Source: Vicinamibacteria bacterium
GTDB lineage: Bacteria > Acidobacteriota > Vicinamibacteria > Marinacidobacterales > Marinacidobacteraceae
Assembly: GCA_963668695.2 (NCBI GenBank)
Contig: CAXXLQ010000001.1
Coordinates: forward strand, 69,807 to 133,806
DNA: 64,000 nucleotides
Reading direction: 5' to 3'
Below are positions 18,788-27,422 of this stretch, piece after piece. A model generated the notes under the pieces. The model made no database searches and was not told the origin of the DNA. It saw only the letters and a program-made list of their open reading frames with translations. Made by a program: the position numbers and the translations under genes. Position 1 is the stretch's first letter. Every line of letters begins with the position of its first letter.

Positions 18788-19630
18788 GTGACCCTTTCCA
18801 GCGACTCCCTCGCCCGGCCGGACCCACCGCCGCGGGCGGATCTCGCCGCGCGGCTCCTGGCCCGGGACCAACTCTCTCCCGATGCCCAGCTGCTCCGCTT
18901 CGAAAGTGAGGCGCCGCTTCGGGCTCTGCCGGGCCAGTTCACGATGGTGCGGGTCGAAGGCGGAGGGCTGCTGCGGCGGCCCTATTCCTTCTGCGACCTG
19001 CTGGAGGACGGTGCGTTCACCCTGCTGGTCAAGGAAGTCGGGATCGGGACCCGCGCGCTCATGAAGATGCCGGTCGGCGGAGCCATATCCAGTCTGGGCC
19101 CGCTCGGGACCACGTTCGATCCGCCCCCTCCGGACCTGACGCCGGTCATCGTCGCCGGCGGGGTGGGAATCGCGCCCTTCGTGCTCTTTTGCCGCCGCCT
19201 GGCCGAAACCGGGCGCCGCGGGATTGTGCTGCTCGGGGGCCGGCGTCGTCCCGACCTCTATCTCCGGGACACCTTCGAGGGTTTCGGGATGGACGTGCGG
19301 GTTGCGAGCGAGGACGGAAGCGCCGGCCACCATGGGCGCGTGACGGAGTTGCTCGACGCCGCCCTCGCGGACGCGGGTCGGCCGCAGCTCTACTCCTGTG
19401 GTCCGACCGGAATGCTGCTTCGCGTCGCGGAGGCCGGGGCCGACGCCGGCGTTCCTCATCAGGTCTCGATCGAGCGCCGGATGGGCTGCGGGATGGGATG
19501 CTGTTTGGGCTGCGTCGTCTGGGCCCGGCCGCCTTCCGGCGGCCCGGAGGAATACCTTCGGAGTTGCACCGAAGGACCGGTGTTCGACGCCGGAACAATC
19601 GCTTGGGACCAGGATCCCCACCCTCTCTAG
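18788..19630 (+). CDS. pyrK: Dihydroorotate dehydrogenase B electron-transfer subunit
   Basis: 280 aa. FAD/NAD-binding-like core with a C-terminal 2Fe-2S Cys cluster (MGCGMGCCLGCV...C), upstream of pyrD/pyrF. Its stop TAG (19628-19630) lies in a CTAGCAGCC repeat end. Confidence 0.8.
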   Translation: MTLSSDSLARPDPPPRADLAARLLARDQLSPDAQLLRFESEAPLRALPGQFTMVRVEGGGLLRRPYSFCDLLEDGAFTLLVKEVGIGTRALMKMPVGGAISSLGPLGTTFDPPPPDLTPVIVAGGVGIAPFVLFCRRLAETGRRGIVLLGGRRRPDLYLRDTFEGFGMDVRVASEDGSAGHHGRVTELLDAALADAGRPQLYSCGPTGMLLRVAEAGADAGVPHQVSIERRMGCGMGCCLGCVVWARPPSGGPEEYLRSCTEGPVFDAGTIAWDQDPHPL

Positions 19631-20305
19631 CAGCCCATGGAAGAAGCACCCCGGATGGCCGCCGCCGCGCGAGACGCGCGAAATCTACGGATTTCTCCGA
19701 ATGCGGAGCGCTTTTCCCTCGGGCGAGCAGCCTGTGGACAAAGTCACGCGGCATTCCCGAGCCAAGAGGGATGGGAGCCGGGTATCCCCGTCCCCCATCC
19801 CTCTCGCTCCGGGGTCTCCGCGGTGCTGGCGCCCCGCTCCGGAAGCCCGAGCCAGAAGGGATGGGGGTCGGGTGGCCCCGCCCCCCGTCCCTTCCGCTCC
19901 GGGGTCTCCGCGGTGCTTGCGCCCCGCTCCGGAAGCCCGAGCCAGAAGGGATGGGGGTCGGGTGGCCCCGCCCCCCGTCCCTTCCGCTCCGGGGTCTCCG
20001 CGGTGCTGGCGCCCCGCTCCGGAAGCCCGAGCCAGAAGGGATGGGGGTCGGGTGGCCCCGCCCCCCGTCCCTTCCGCTCCGGGGTCTCCGCGGTGCTGGC
20101 GCCCCGCTCCGGAAGCGAGCGGCGATGCACCCCGACTGGCCCCCACCGGGAGAACTGGCCGCCCCGCTTCGCGTGGCTCATCGTTGCGCTTCGGTCGAAA
20201 TACACTCGGGCCAGTTCTCCCGGTGGGGGCTCCTCCCTCGCGCGCCTTGTCAGCCGGGCGCCTCACCACTCTCGGTGCTCACGTCACTTTGTTTACAGGC
20301 TGCCT
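19627..20305. repeat. Composite family A repeat insert between pyrK and pyrD
   Basis: Starts ctagcagcccatgg, with a second end-like gagcagcctgtggacaaagtcacgcgg near 19723. Contains the 90-bp array and then the A body (cgtggctcatcgttgcgcttcggtcgaaatacactcgggccagttctcccggtggggg...ccttgtcagccggg). Ends cactttgtttacaggctgcc. Confidence 0.75.
19759..20116. repeat. Tandem array, ~4 x 90 bp (module B)
   Basis: atgggggtcg recurs at 19861, 19951 and 20041 (period 90). The units are near-identical over their whole length, so there are no unique spacers. The first unit is diverged and the last is truncated. Confidence 0.9.
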
Positions 20306-20433
20306 GCGGCGCGAATCGCTACGCGATTCACACCACGGTTTTTCGTGGGCAGGGGAAACCCCTCCCTATACCCCGCCCCTGCGGCGCTCCGCGCCGCTGG
20401 TTCACGATGGGCGACTTTCGCCACCGGTCTTCG

Positions 20434-21384
20434 ATGACTCCCGTCGCCTTGCCGTCCGTCGATATGGGAGTGGAAATCGCTGGTCTGAAGTTGCCCACGC
20501 CCCTGATTGCCGCCAGTGGAACCTTCGGCTACGGCGACGAGTACCAGCAGGTGGCGGACTACGACTGCATCGGAGCGATCTCGGTCAAGGGGCTGTACCT
20601 CGAACCCCGAAAGGGATGTCCGCCTCCGCGAATCTGGGAGACGCCGTCCGGTATGCTGAACGCCATCGGACTTCAGGAGGTCGGAATCCGGCGTTTCCTG
20701 GCCGAGAAGCTTCCGGTCGTCCGGGCCCTCGGCAAGATCGTCATTGCCAACATCTGCGGCAGTTCGCTCGCCGAGTACGGCGAGTTGGCCAGGATCCTCG
20801 ACCAGGCGGAGGGGGTTGCCGGCATCGAAGTGAACATTTCGTGTCCCAACGTTGCCGAGGGAGGGATCGAGTTCGGATGTGACCCGGACATGGCGGCGCG
20901 CGCCACTGAGGTGGTGCGCCGGGGGACCCGACTGCCGGTGATTCCGAAACTCAGTCCCAGCGCCAGCGACCTGGCCGCGGTGGCTCGCCGGGTTGCGGAG
21001 GCAGGAGCCGATGCGGTGTCCCTCATCAACACCATCCCCGCGATGGCAGTGGATGTGGAGACGCGCCGGCCGCGGCTCGCCAACGTAGTGGGGGGGTTGT
21101 CGGGCCCTGCGATTCGTCCGATTGCAGTCCGCATGGTGTGGGAGGTGGCGCGGGGCAGCCGGCTGCCGGTGATCGGCATGGGCGGAATCGCGAACGCCGA
21201 GGACGCCCTTGAATTCCTGCTCGTCGGGGCCGCGGCGGTGCAGATCGGCACCATGAACTTCGTGGACCCCGGGGTCTGGCGGCGCACTCTCGACGGCCTT
21301 GCCGCGTACTGCCGGCGGCACGAGGTTCCGGCGGTGCGCACGCTGACCGGCGCGATGCTCCCGGCTGCGGGGTCTCGGGCGTGA
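20434..21384 (+). CDS. pyrD: Dihydroorotate dehydrogenase, class 1B catalytic subunit
   Basis: Track ORF 19189..21384, trimmed to ATG 20434 (alternative ATG 20407). LKLPTPLIAASGTFGYGDEY, NAIGLQ, EVNISCPN and GIANAEDALEF are DHOD motifs. The upstream part of the ORF is repeat translation. Confidence 0.9.
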   Translation: MTPVALPSVDMGVEIAGLKLPTPLIAASGTFGYGDEYQQVADYDCIGAISVKGLYLEPRKGCPPPRIWETPSGMLNAIGLQEVGIRRFLAEKLPVVRALGKIVIANICGSSLAEYGELARILDQAEGVAGIEVNISCPNVAEGGIEFGCDPDMAARATEVVRRGTRLPVIPKLSPSASDLAAVARRVAEAGADAVSLINTIPAMAVDVETRRPRLANVVGGLSGPAIRPIAVRMVWEVARGSRLPVIGMGGIANAEDALEFLLVGAAAVQIGTMNFVDPGVWRRTLDGLAAYCRRHEVPAVRTLTGAMLPAAGSRA

Positions 21385-22142
21385 CGGTTTCTTCCGCCCC
21401 GGGCTCTGGCTCCGCCCCCCCCGCAATACCCGGATGGGTGGCTCCTCCCGGCGCCGGGGAGCTGGTGGTTGCCGTCGACACCGCGTCCCTCGACGAGGCG
21501 ATGCGTCTTCGGGACACCCTGGCGGGCGCCGCCTCGTTCTACAAGGTGGGGAAGGAACTCTTCACCGCGGCCGGACCGCGCGCGGTCTCCGAGTTTGCCT
21601 CGGCAGGGCGCGTGTTCCTGGACCTCAAGTTCCACGACATTCCGGCAACGGTCGCGGGCGCGGTGCGAGCGTCGGCGGGGTTGGGAGCCAGCATCGTGGA
21701 TGTCCATGCCTCCGGGGGAAGGCCGATGCTCGAGGCGGCTGTCCGAGCCGCCTGGTCCACCCCGGCGCCGCCCCTGCTGCTCGGAGTAACCGTGCTGACC
21801 CACTTCGACCGGGAGAGCGCCGCTGAGGTCTATCCCGGGATTTCCATTGCGGACCAGGTTCTGAATCTCGCCCGGCTCACCCGGGCGGCCGGGCTGGGGG
21901 GAGTGGTCGCGTCCGCCTCGGAGGCGGAAGAACTTCGCAGCACTTTCGGCGACGATTTCGTGCTGCTCGTGCCGGGAGTCCGTCCCCGCTGGGCGGCCGA
22001 AGCGCACGACCAGCGCCGGGTCGCCACCCCGGGCGAGGCAGCGCGGCGAGGGGCGAACTACATCGTCGTCGGCCGGGCCATCACCAGGCACGCCGACCCC
22101 CGGACGGCGGCGCTTCGGATCGTCGAAGAAATCCGCGGCTGA
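21381..22142 (+). CDS. pyrF: Orotidine 5'-phosphate decarboxylase
   Basis: 253 aa. Has LVVAVDT and FLDLKFHDIPATV motifs. Its GTG overlaps the pyrD stop (GTGA). Confidence 0.9.
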   Translation: MTVSSAPGSGSAPPAIPGWVAPPGAGELVVAVDTASLDEAMRLRDTLAGAASFYKVGKELFTAAGPRAVSEFASAGRVFLDLKFHDIPATVAGAVRASAGLGASIVDVHASGGRPMLEAAVRAAWSTPAPPLLLGVTVLTHFDRESAAEVYPGISIADQVLNLARLTRAAGLGGVVASASEAEELRSTFGDDFVLLVPGVRPRWAAEAHDQRRVATPGEAARRGANYIVVGRAITRHADPRTAALRIVEEIRG

Positions 22143-22199
22143 CAGGCGTCTGGTGCGATCCGAAATAGCCAGCGCGGACCGAAAATCGCAGGTCTAACG

Positions 22200-22228
22200 T
22201 TGACTCGCAGAGAGCGTTCCGATAGCCT
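22200..22228 (+). promoter_or_regulatory. Sigma70-like promoter upstream of pal (TTGACT-17 nt-TAGCCT)
   Basis: ttgact at 22200-22205, a 17-nt spacer, then tagcct at 22223-22228. Followed by GGAGG (22257-22261) 8 nt before GTG 22270. Sequence match only. Confidence 0.45.
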
Positions 22229-22269
22229 CCCAAGTGGCTGTTATTTCGCTGTCCCCGGAGGTTTTCCTT

Positions 22270-22836
22270 GTGAGAAAAGCTATCGCCACCTTGCTGTTGC
22301 TCTCTCTCGCGACGGTTGCTCTTGGGTTCGCCTTGTCCGCGTGCTCCAAGGCGCCTCCGCCTCCGCCTCCGCCGCCGGAGGAGCCGCCTCCTCCGCCGCC
22401 TCCGCCACCGCCGCCTCCGCCACCGCCACCACCACCGCCGCCACCGCCGCCGACGGAGCGGGACATGTATCTGGACACCGACATGATGGAGCTCCAGAGG
22501 AACCTCTCGGACGTTCACTTCGCCTATGACGAGTCGGAGTTGACCGATGCCTCGCGAAGCGCGCTTCAAGCCAACTCGGCTTGGTTGCAGCAGCCCTATG
22601 TCTCGGCGCAGATCCAGATCGAGGGCCATTGCGACGAGCGCGGCACCGTGGAATACAACCAGGCGCTCGGTGAGCGGCGGGGGCGCGCAGCCTACGACTA
22701 CCTCGTTTCGCTGGGGGTGCCGGACAGCCGGATCGAGATGGTGAGCTACGGGAAGGAGCGCCCGCAGTGCACCGAGAGCGACGAAGACTGCTGGCAGCGG
22801 AACCGTCGCGCCCACTTCAAGATCACGACCAAGTAG
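22270..22836 (+). CDS. pal: Peptidoglycan-associated lipoprotein (OmpA-family C-domain) with polyproline linker
   Basis: Track ORF 22234..22836; start moved to GTG 22270, which follows a GGAGG RBS. Lipobox LSAC, then SKAPPPPPPPPEEPPPP...PPPTE. The OmpA-like domain has HFAYDESEL, IEGHCDERGTVEYNQALGERR and NRRAHF. Confidence 0.85.
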   Translation: MRKAIATLLLLSLATVALGFALSACSKAPPPPPPPPEEPPPPPPPPPPPPPPPPPPPPPPPTERDMYLDTDMMELQRNLSDVHFAYDESELTDASRSALQANSAWLQQPYVSAQIQIEGHCDERGTVEYNQALGERRGRAAYDYLVSLGVPDSRIEMVSYGKERPQCTESDEDCWQRNRRAHFKITTK

Positions 22837-22850
22837 CGACTTCCGCTTCC

Positions 22851-22890
22851 GAAAGCGCTCCGGTCGAAAGACCGGGGCGCTTTCTTCTTT
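22851..22890 (+). terminator. Rho-independent terminator after pal
   Basis: Hairpin gaaagcgctccggtc-gaaa-gaccggggcgctttc followed by ttcttt. Confidence 0.7.
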
Positions 22891-22994
22891 GTGCCCGGAT
22901 TTGTGCCCGGACGCGGTCCGAAGCCTCTTCCGGGCCCGCGCCCGGCCACGACACGGCCCGCGAGAGGATCAGCCGGGCATCAACCCCGTTTGGG

Positions 22995-24431
22995 TTACGC
23001 GCTTCCGACCCGACGTCGCGCGGTTTCGGGTAGTTCGGGATCCCTCATGGGCTTTTGCAAAATCCCGTGACGTTTCATTTTTTCGTGGAGCGTCGTGGGG
23101 TTCATCTGCAGTGCCTGAGCGGCGCGTTTCTGGTTACCCCGGGTCCGCCGGAGCGCCCGCTCGATGAGCGTCTTCTCGATTTCGGCGATCACTTCCTTGA
23201 GAGGGCGGGAACCGATGTTCTCGGCGCGCGGCGCCGGCCCCTCCGGCGGCGAGCAGAGCGCTTCGGGCAGGACGGTGCCGGAGAACCGGGACACCCGGGC
23301 GGTTGCCACCGCGCGCTCCACCCACATGCGGAGTTCCGCGGTGTTGCCGGGCCAGTGGTACCCGCCGTAAGCCTCGACCGTGGCTCCGGAGACCCCGAAA
23401 GGAGGCTCTCCGGAGGTCTTGCAAGCCTGCTTCAGGAAATGCAGGAGGAGGGCCGGGATGTCCTCCCGGCGCTGTCGTAGCGGGGGGATCCGGATGGTGG
23501 CCGTCTCCAGACGTTTGAACAGTGTTCGCGAGAACGCGCCGGACTGCACTCTGGCTCGGAGGTCGGGGGTAGCGGAAACGAGCAGCCGGAATGGGGGCGG
23601 CCGGCGAACGGCGTCGTCGAGAGTGGCCTGATCTCCAGCGTGGAGGTGCTCCACGCCACTCAGATAGAGACTCCCCGGCCGGTAGAGACCCTCCGCCCGG
23701 GTCTGGAGACTCCTCGATCCGGATTCCCGGTCGTCTCGTCTCAGCCTCGCGAGGATCGTTCCCAGTCCTCCCGCCGGAAGGCTCGCCGCTTGAAGCGGGA
23801 GGAACGGCAGCGACGACTGGCGGCCGAGTCGATGAACGAGTTCAGCGGCCAGACGCCGGCCACTACCCGGTTCGCCGACGACCAGCACGGGCCCGTCCGA
23901 GAAGGCGGTCGTGGTGATGGCGCTGCGGATCTCCGCGGCCTCGTCCGAGCAGCCGATCCAGTCTTCAAGCCGGGTCGCGGAGCGGAGCTCGTCCCGCAGA
24001 ATCCGGTTCTCTCGCAGCAGGCTCCGATATCCGAGTTCGGCCTCCAGGGAGGTGAGCAACGCTTCCCGGCGGACTGGAGCGGGCACGAGCCGCGGGCGTC
24101 CGGGTCCGAGTCCGGCGAAATCCGGCTTGGCCGTCTCAGCGTCGGCGAGCACGATGGTCGCCGCTTCGGGGCAGATCGCGTGCAAGCGATCCAGCGTTGC
24201 ACGCACGGGCACCGGACTCGCCGTCGCGTCCACGACCACTACCGAGGCTCGATGGAGCCGCTCCTCCGCCGTTTCGTCCAGTACCGAAGGGTACCGTTCC
24301 ACCTGCCACGACTCCTCGGTAAGGAACTGGACGGCGTCGCGCGCTGGCCGGCTGTCCCCGACCACGACAGCGACGCGGTCGGTGGCGGCGATTGGCGCCT
24401 TCGGGATGAGAGCGGGCGCGGCGAGGGACAT
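22995..24431 (-). CDS. NtrC-family (sigma54-activator-like) regulator with degenerate AAA+ motifs and a Fis-type HTH
   Basis: Track ORF 22995..24695, trimmed to ATG 24431; upstream is repeat translation. Has a receiver-like N-terminus, an AAA+ core (PVLVVGEPGSGRRLAAELVH; IPPLRQRREDIP) and a C-terminal HTH (GNQKRAAQALQMNPTTLHEKMKRHGI). Walker A Lys, Walker B DE and GAFTGA are not recognisable. Confidence 0.75.
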   Translation of the reverse strand: MSLAAPALIPKAPIAATDRVAVVVGDSRPARDAVQFLTEESWQVERYPSVLDETAEERLHRASVVVVDATASPVPVRATLDRLHAICPEAATIVLADAETAKPDFAGLGPGRPRLVPAPVRREALLTSLEAELGYRSLLRENRILRDELRSATRLEDWIGCSDEAAEIRSAITTTAFSDGPVLVVGEPGSGRRLAAELVHRLGRQSSLPFLPLQAASLPAGGLGTILARLRRDDRESGSRSLQTRAEGLYRPGSLYLSGVEHLHAGDQATLDDAVRRPPPFRLLVSATPDLRARVQSGAFSRTLFKRLETATIRIPPLRQRREDIPALLLHFLKQACKTSGEPPFGVSGATVEAYGGYHWPGNTAELRMWVERAVATARVSRFSGTVLPEALCSPPEGPAPRAENIGSRPLKEVIAEIEKTLIERALRRTRGNQKRAAQALQMNPTTLHEKMKRHGILQKPMRDPELPETARRRVGSA

Positions 24432-24546
24432 GGATAGGCGAGGGGAGCCCGGGCCTCCTCCCTTCACGATTCCCTCGCCCGCTGGAATTCCGAAGCTCGG
24501 AGAGGTTCCGAACAAAGAGAACGATGTCAGCGGGGAATGGTTCCGC

Positions 24547-24709
24547 CTAACAGCCGGTGGTGGAACCCGCGTGAGCGCCGAGGCCGGCCAGTTCTCCCGG
24601 TGGGGGCGAGGCCCAGTTCTCCCGGTGGGGGTCCGGCTGACAAGGCGCGTGAGGGAGGAGCCCCCACCGGGAGAACTGGGCCGTGTGGGTTCCACTACCG
24701 GCTGTTGAG
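24547..24709. mobile_element. MITE-like repeat element, family A (163-bp short copy)
   Basis: Ends are ctaacagccggtggtggaaccc and gggttccactaccggctgttgag. Interior has ccagttctcccggtggggg x2, ggctgacaaggcgcgtgagggagg and ccaccgggagaactgg. Confidence 0.65.
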
Positions 24710-24745
24710 CTCCCCGATCCGGAGATTACCGGGGATTACCGGGGA

Positions 24746-25375
24746 TTACCGGGATTGCCGGATCTGGGCCGCAACTTCCAGGAAATAGGCATGGATGCGC
24801 GTATCGGTCGTCAGTTCCGGATGAAAGGTTGTCGCAAGCACCCGCCCTTCCCGGACGAAAGCCGACTGCCCGCGCCATTTCGCGAGCACGTGCACGTCCG
24901 CACCGGCGGCGCTGATGATTGGGGCGCGGATCATCACCAGAGGCAGGTCCGGCTCACCCAGCTCGGGACAGGGCGTCGCCCCGAGGTGGCTCTCCAACTG
25001 CCGGCCGTAACCGTTTCGCTGGATCTCGATGTCAAGCAGTGCAAGCGACTGCTGCGCCGGATTCTGGACGGCGCGGGCCAGGAGAATGGCTCCGGCGCAG
25101 GTCCCGTAGAGTGCGCCTCCCCGTTGATGGAAGGTTCTGAGGGGCTCGAAGAGTTCCTCCTCGAGGAGAAACTTCAGCATCGTCGAGCTTTCTCCGCCGG
25201 GGATGATGAGTCCATCGAGCCCGTCGAGGGCCGGAGTCCTGCGGACCTCTACCGCTTCGATGCCGAGTCGCTGCAGTATGGCCGTGTGCAGAGCGAAGCT
25301 CCCCTGAAGTGCGAGCACCCCGATGCGCGGCGAGGAAGGGGACCGGACAGGCTCCAACCGGGTCGGCGCTGTCAT
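24746..25375 (-). CDS. pdxT: Pyridoxal 5'-phosphate synthase glutaminase subunit
   Basis: 209 aa. IGVLALQGSF, IIPGGESSTM and GTCAGAILLA (catalytic Cys) motifs. Lies downstream of pdxS. Confidence 0.9.
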   Translation of the reverse strand: MTAPTRLEPVRSPSSPRIGVLALQGSFALHTAILQRLGIEAVEVRRTPALDGLDGLIIPGGESSTMLKFLLEEELFEPLRTFHQRGGALYGTCAGAILLARAVQNPAQQSLALLDIEIQRNGYGRQLESHLGATPCPELGEPDLPLVMIRAPIISAAGADVHVLAKWRGQSAFVREGRVLATTFHPELTTDTRIHAYFLEVAAQIRQSR

Positions 25376-25521
25376 CTTTGGCGAATCTCTCCCATCTTCA
25401 CGTAAGCACGGCGTTTCGAGGCTCCGTCCTGCCGAACTGCGCCTGCGGCGGACGAACCTCCGGAAGCGGAACGCTGAGAAGCGTCACCACGGACCCGGGA
25501 CCCCACCCCGGCTAGTAGCGT

Positions 25522-26400
25522 TTAGTTGCCGCGCGTCTGCAGCAACTCCGCCTCTGGGATCGAGGCGATGTCCAGGCCTCGCATCGGTTCGCCGAGGCCC
25601 ATGGAAACCTCGACCAGCATGGCCGGGTCGCGGTAGTGGGTCACCGCTTTCACGATGGCCTTGGCCCGCTGTGCCGGATCCGTCGACTTGAAGATCCCGG
25701 ACCCGACGAAAACCGATTCCGCCCCGAGTTGCATGCACAGCGCCGCGTCGGCCGGGGTTGCTACCCCTCCCGCCGCGAAGTTGGGTACGGGCAAGCGCCC
25801 GTCGCGCGCCACGATCCGCACCAGTTCGTAGGGGGCGCGGAGTTCCTTGGCGGCGGACATCAGTTCGTCATCGGTAAGGATCGTGAGGCGGCGGAGCGCG
25901 TTTCCGATATGGCGCAAGTGCCGGACAGCTTCCACGATGTTGCCGGAACCGGCTTCGCCCTTGGTACGAATGAGCGCCGCCCCTTCCCCAATCCGGCGGA
26001 GCGCCTCCCCGAGGTTGCGGCAGCCGCACACGAAAGGCACCTCGAAGGCGTGCTTGTCGATGTGGTTTTCTTCGTCGGCCGGTGTCAGCACTTCACTCTC
26101 GTCAACGAAGTCCACCCCCATCTCCTGAAGAATCTGGGCCTCGACGAAGTGGCCGATGCGCACCTTGGCCATCACCGGGATGCTTACCGTTTCAATGATT
26201 TCCCGGATCTTCTCCGGGGAGGACATCCGGGCCACCCCGCCGTCCCTGCGGATATCGGCCGGCACCCGCTCGAGAGCCATCACGCTCACCGCGCCGGCGT
26301 CTTCGGCAATGCGCGCCTGTTCGGCGTTGGTGACGTCCATGATCGCGCCGCCCTTCAGCATGTCGGCAAGACCTGTCTTCAGTCGGAATTCCGTGCTCAT
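25522..26400 (-). CDS. pdxS: Pyridoxal 5'-phosphate synthase lyase subunit
   Basis: 292 aa. The highly conserved [46 protein letters not shown] is present. Confidence 0.95.
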   Translation of the reverse strand: MSTEFRLKTGLADMLKGGAIMDVTNAEQARIAEDAGAVSVMALERVPADIRRDGGVARMSSPEKIREIIETVSIPVMAKVRIGHFVEAQILQEMGVDFVDESEVLTPADEENHIDKHAFEVPFVCGCRNLGEALRRIGEGAALIRTKGEAGSGNIVEAVRHLRHIGNALRRLTILTDDELMSAAKELRAPYELVRIVARDGRLPVPNFAAGGVATPADAALCMQLGAESVFVGSGIFKSTDPAQRAKAIVKAVTHYRDPAMLVEVSMGLGEPMRGLDIASIPEAELLQTRGN

Positions 26401-26469
26401 TGCATTCTCCTGAACGGACTTGCTGTCCGTCGCAACCGGCGTGGGCCGAACTCTTCGTTGACGGCCTGC

Positions 26470-27408
26470 TCAGGCCGTCGCCCGACCCGGAACTCTACTC
26501 GCCCACGCCGGGTGTATGCGGGCGAAAGCTATCCCCGCGATGATCAGAATTGCCCCGCCGATCTGGGCGGCCTCCAGAGCCTCTCCGAGCCACAGCCAGG
26601 AGATCAGTATTGACGGTATGGGAAGGACACTCGAATAGACGCCCGTGAGCGTGGGCCCCACCCGCGCGGTCGCGTACATCCACAGCATGTTCCCCAGACC
26701 GATCGCGGTAATCCCGGACAAGAGTGCGGCAGCCCACCACTCCACGGGGGGGCGCCCGAAGTCGGAGAGCGTGAGGAGGAAGGGGCTGGGCAACAGCAGC
26801 AGGACCGATGCGACCGCCGAACTCCACGCCGTTACCCGCAGGGCGCCGTACTTGTGGACGAGGGACTTTCCCCGGACGGTGTACACGGCCCACCCGATCA
26901 TCGCGGCGAAGAGCGCGAGATTGCCGAGGTGCGCGGTCAGGCTGGATTCCGCCGCGGAGATGAAGACGATCCCGACCATCGCGAGAATGAGCCCGATAGC
27001 GGCGGGTTGGCAGAAGCGCTCGACCCGGGTCACCCAGGCCAGGACCGCGATGGCCACCGGGGTCAGAGCCAGGATGAGGGCCGAACTGGTCGCCGACGAC
27101 GCATGGGTTCCGTGAATGAATCCGACCTGGAAGACGACATGCCCGGCGACGCCCAACACGAAAACAGACCAGGCGTCGCGCCACTCGAACTTCCTGAGAG
27201 CCGGGGTCCTCGCCACGGCGAAGAGGAGGACCAGGGACGCCGGGACGAGGCGCGCGAGGTTGAAGGCGTAGGGATTTCCCATGTCCACCCCATACTTGAC
27301 CATGCTCGGGCTCGCCGCCCAGACGAGAACGACGATCGCGAGCGCCGCCTCCGCCCGTCGCGCGGTCCGGGCGCGGGGGGATGCCGCGGGAACGGGCTGG
27401 ATCACCAC
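26470..27408 (-). CDS. DMT-superfamily (EamA-like) transporter
   Basis: Track ORF 26470..27639, trimmed to GTG 27408; the N-terminal 77 aa of the track ORF are repeat translation. About 10 hydrophobic segments with two EamA-like halves. The start is uncertain. Confidence 0.75.
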   Translation of the reverse strand: MVIQPVPAASPRARTARRAEAALAIVVLVWAASPSMVKYGVDMGNPYAFNLARLVPASLVLLFAVARTPALRKFEWRDAWSVFVLGVAGHVVFQVGFIHGTHASSATSSALILALTPVAIAVLAWVTRVERFCQPAAIGLILAMVGIVFISAAESSLTAHLGNLALFAAMIGWAVYTVRGKSLVHKYGALRVTAWSSAVASVLLLLPSPFLLTLSDFGRPPVEWWAAALLSGITAIGLGNMLWMYATARVGPTLTGVYSSVLPIPSILISWLWLGEALEAAQIGGAILIIAGIAFARIHPAWASRVPGRATA

Positions 27409-27422
27409 GGGTACTGAATTCG

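Noticed and set aside
19759-20116. Possible CRISPR array (regularly spaced GC-rich repeats).
   Set aside because: The full 90-bp units are near-identical to each other, so there are no unique spacers. The same unit occurs at other loci inside repeat elements, and no cas genes are nearby. It is a tandem repeat.
22194-22484. A 96-aa ORF on the minus strand with a long poly-Gly run.
   Set aside because: It is the antisense reading of the polyproline-coding CCG/CCT repeat in pal.
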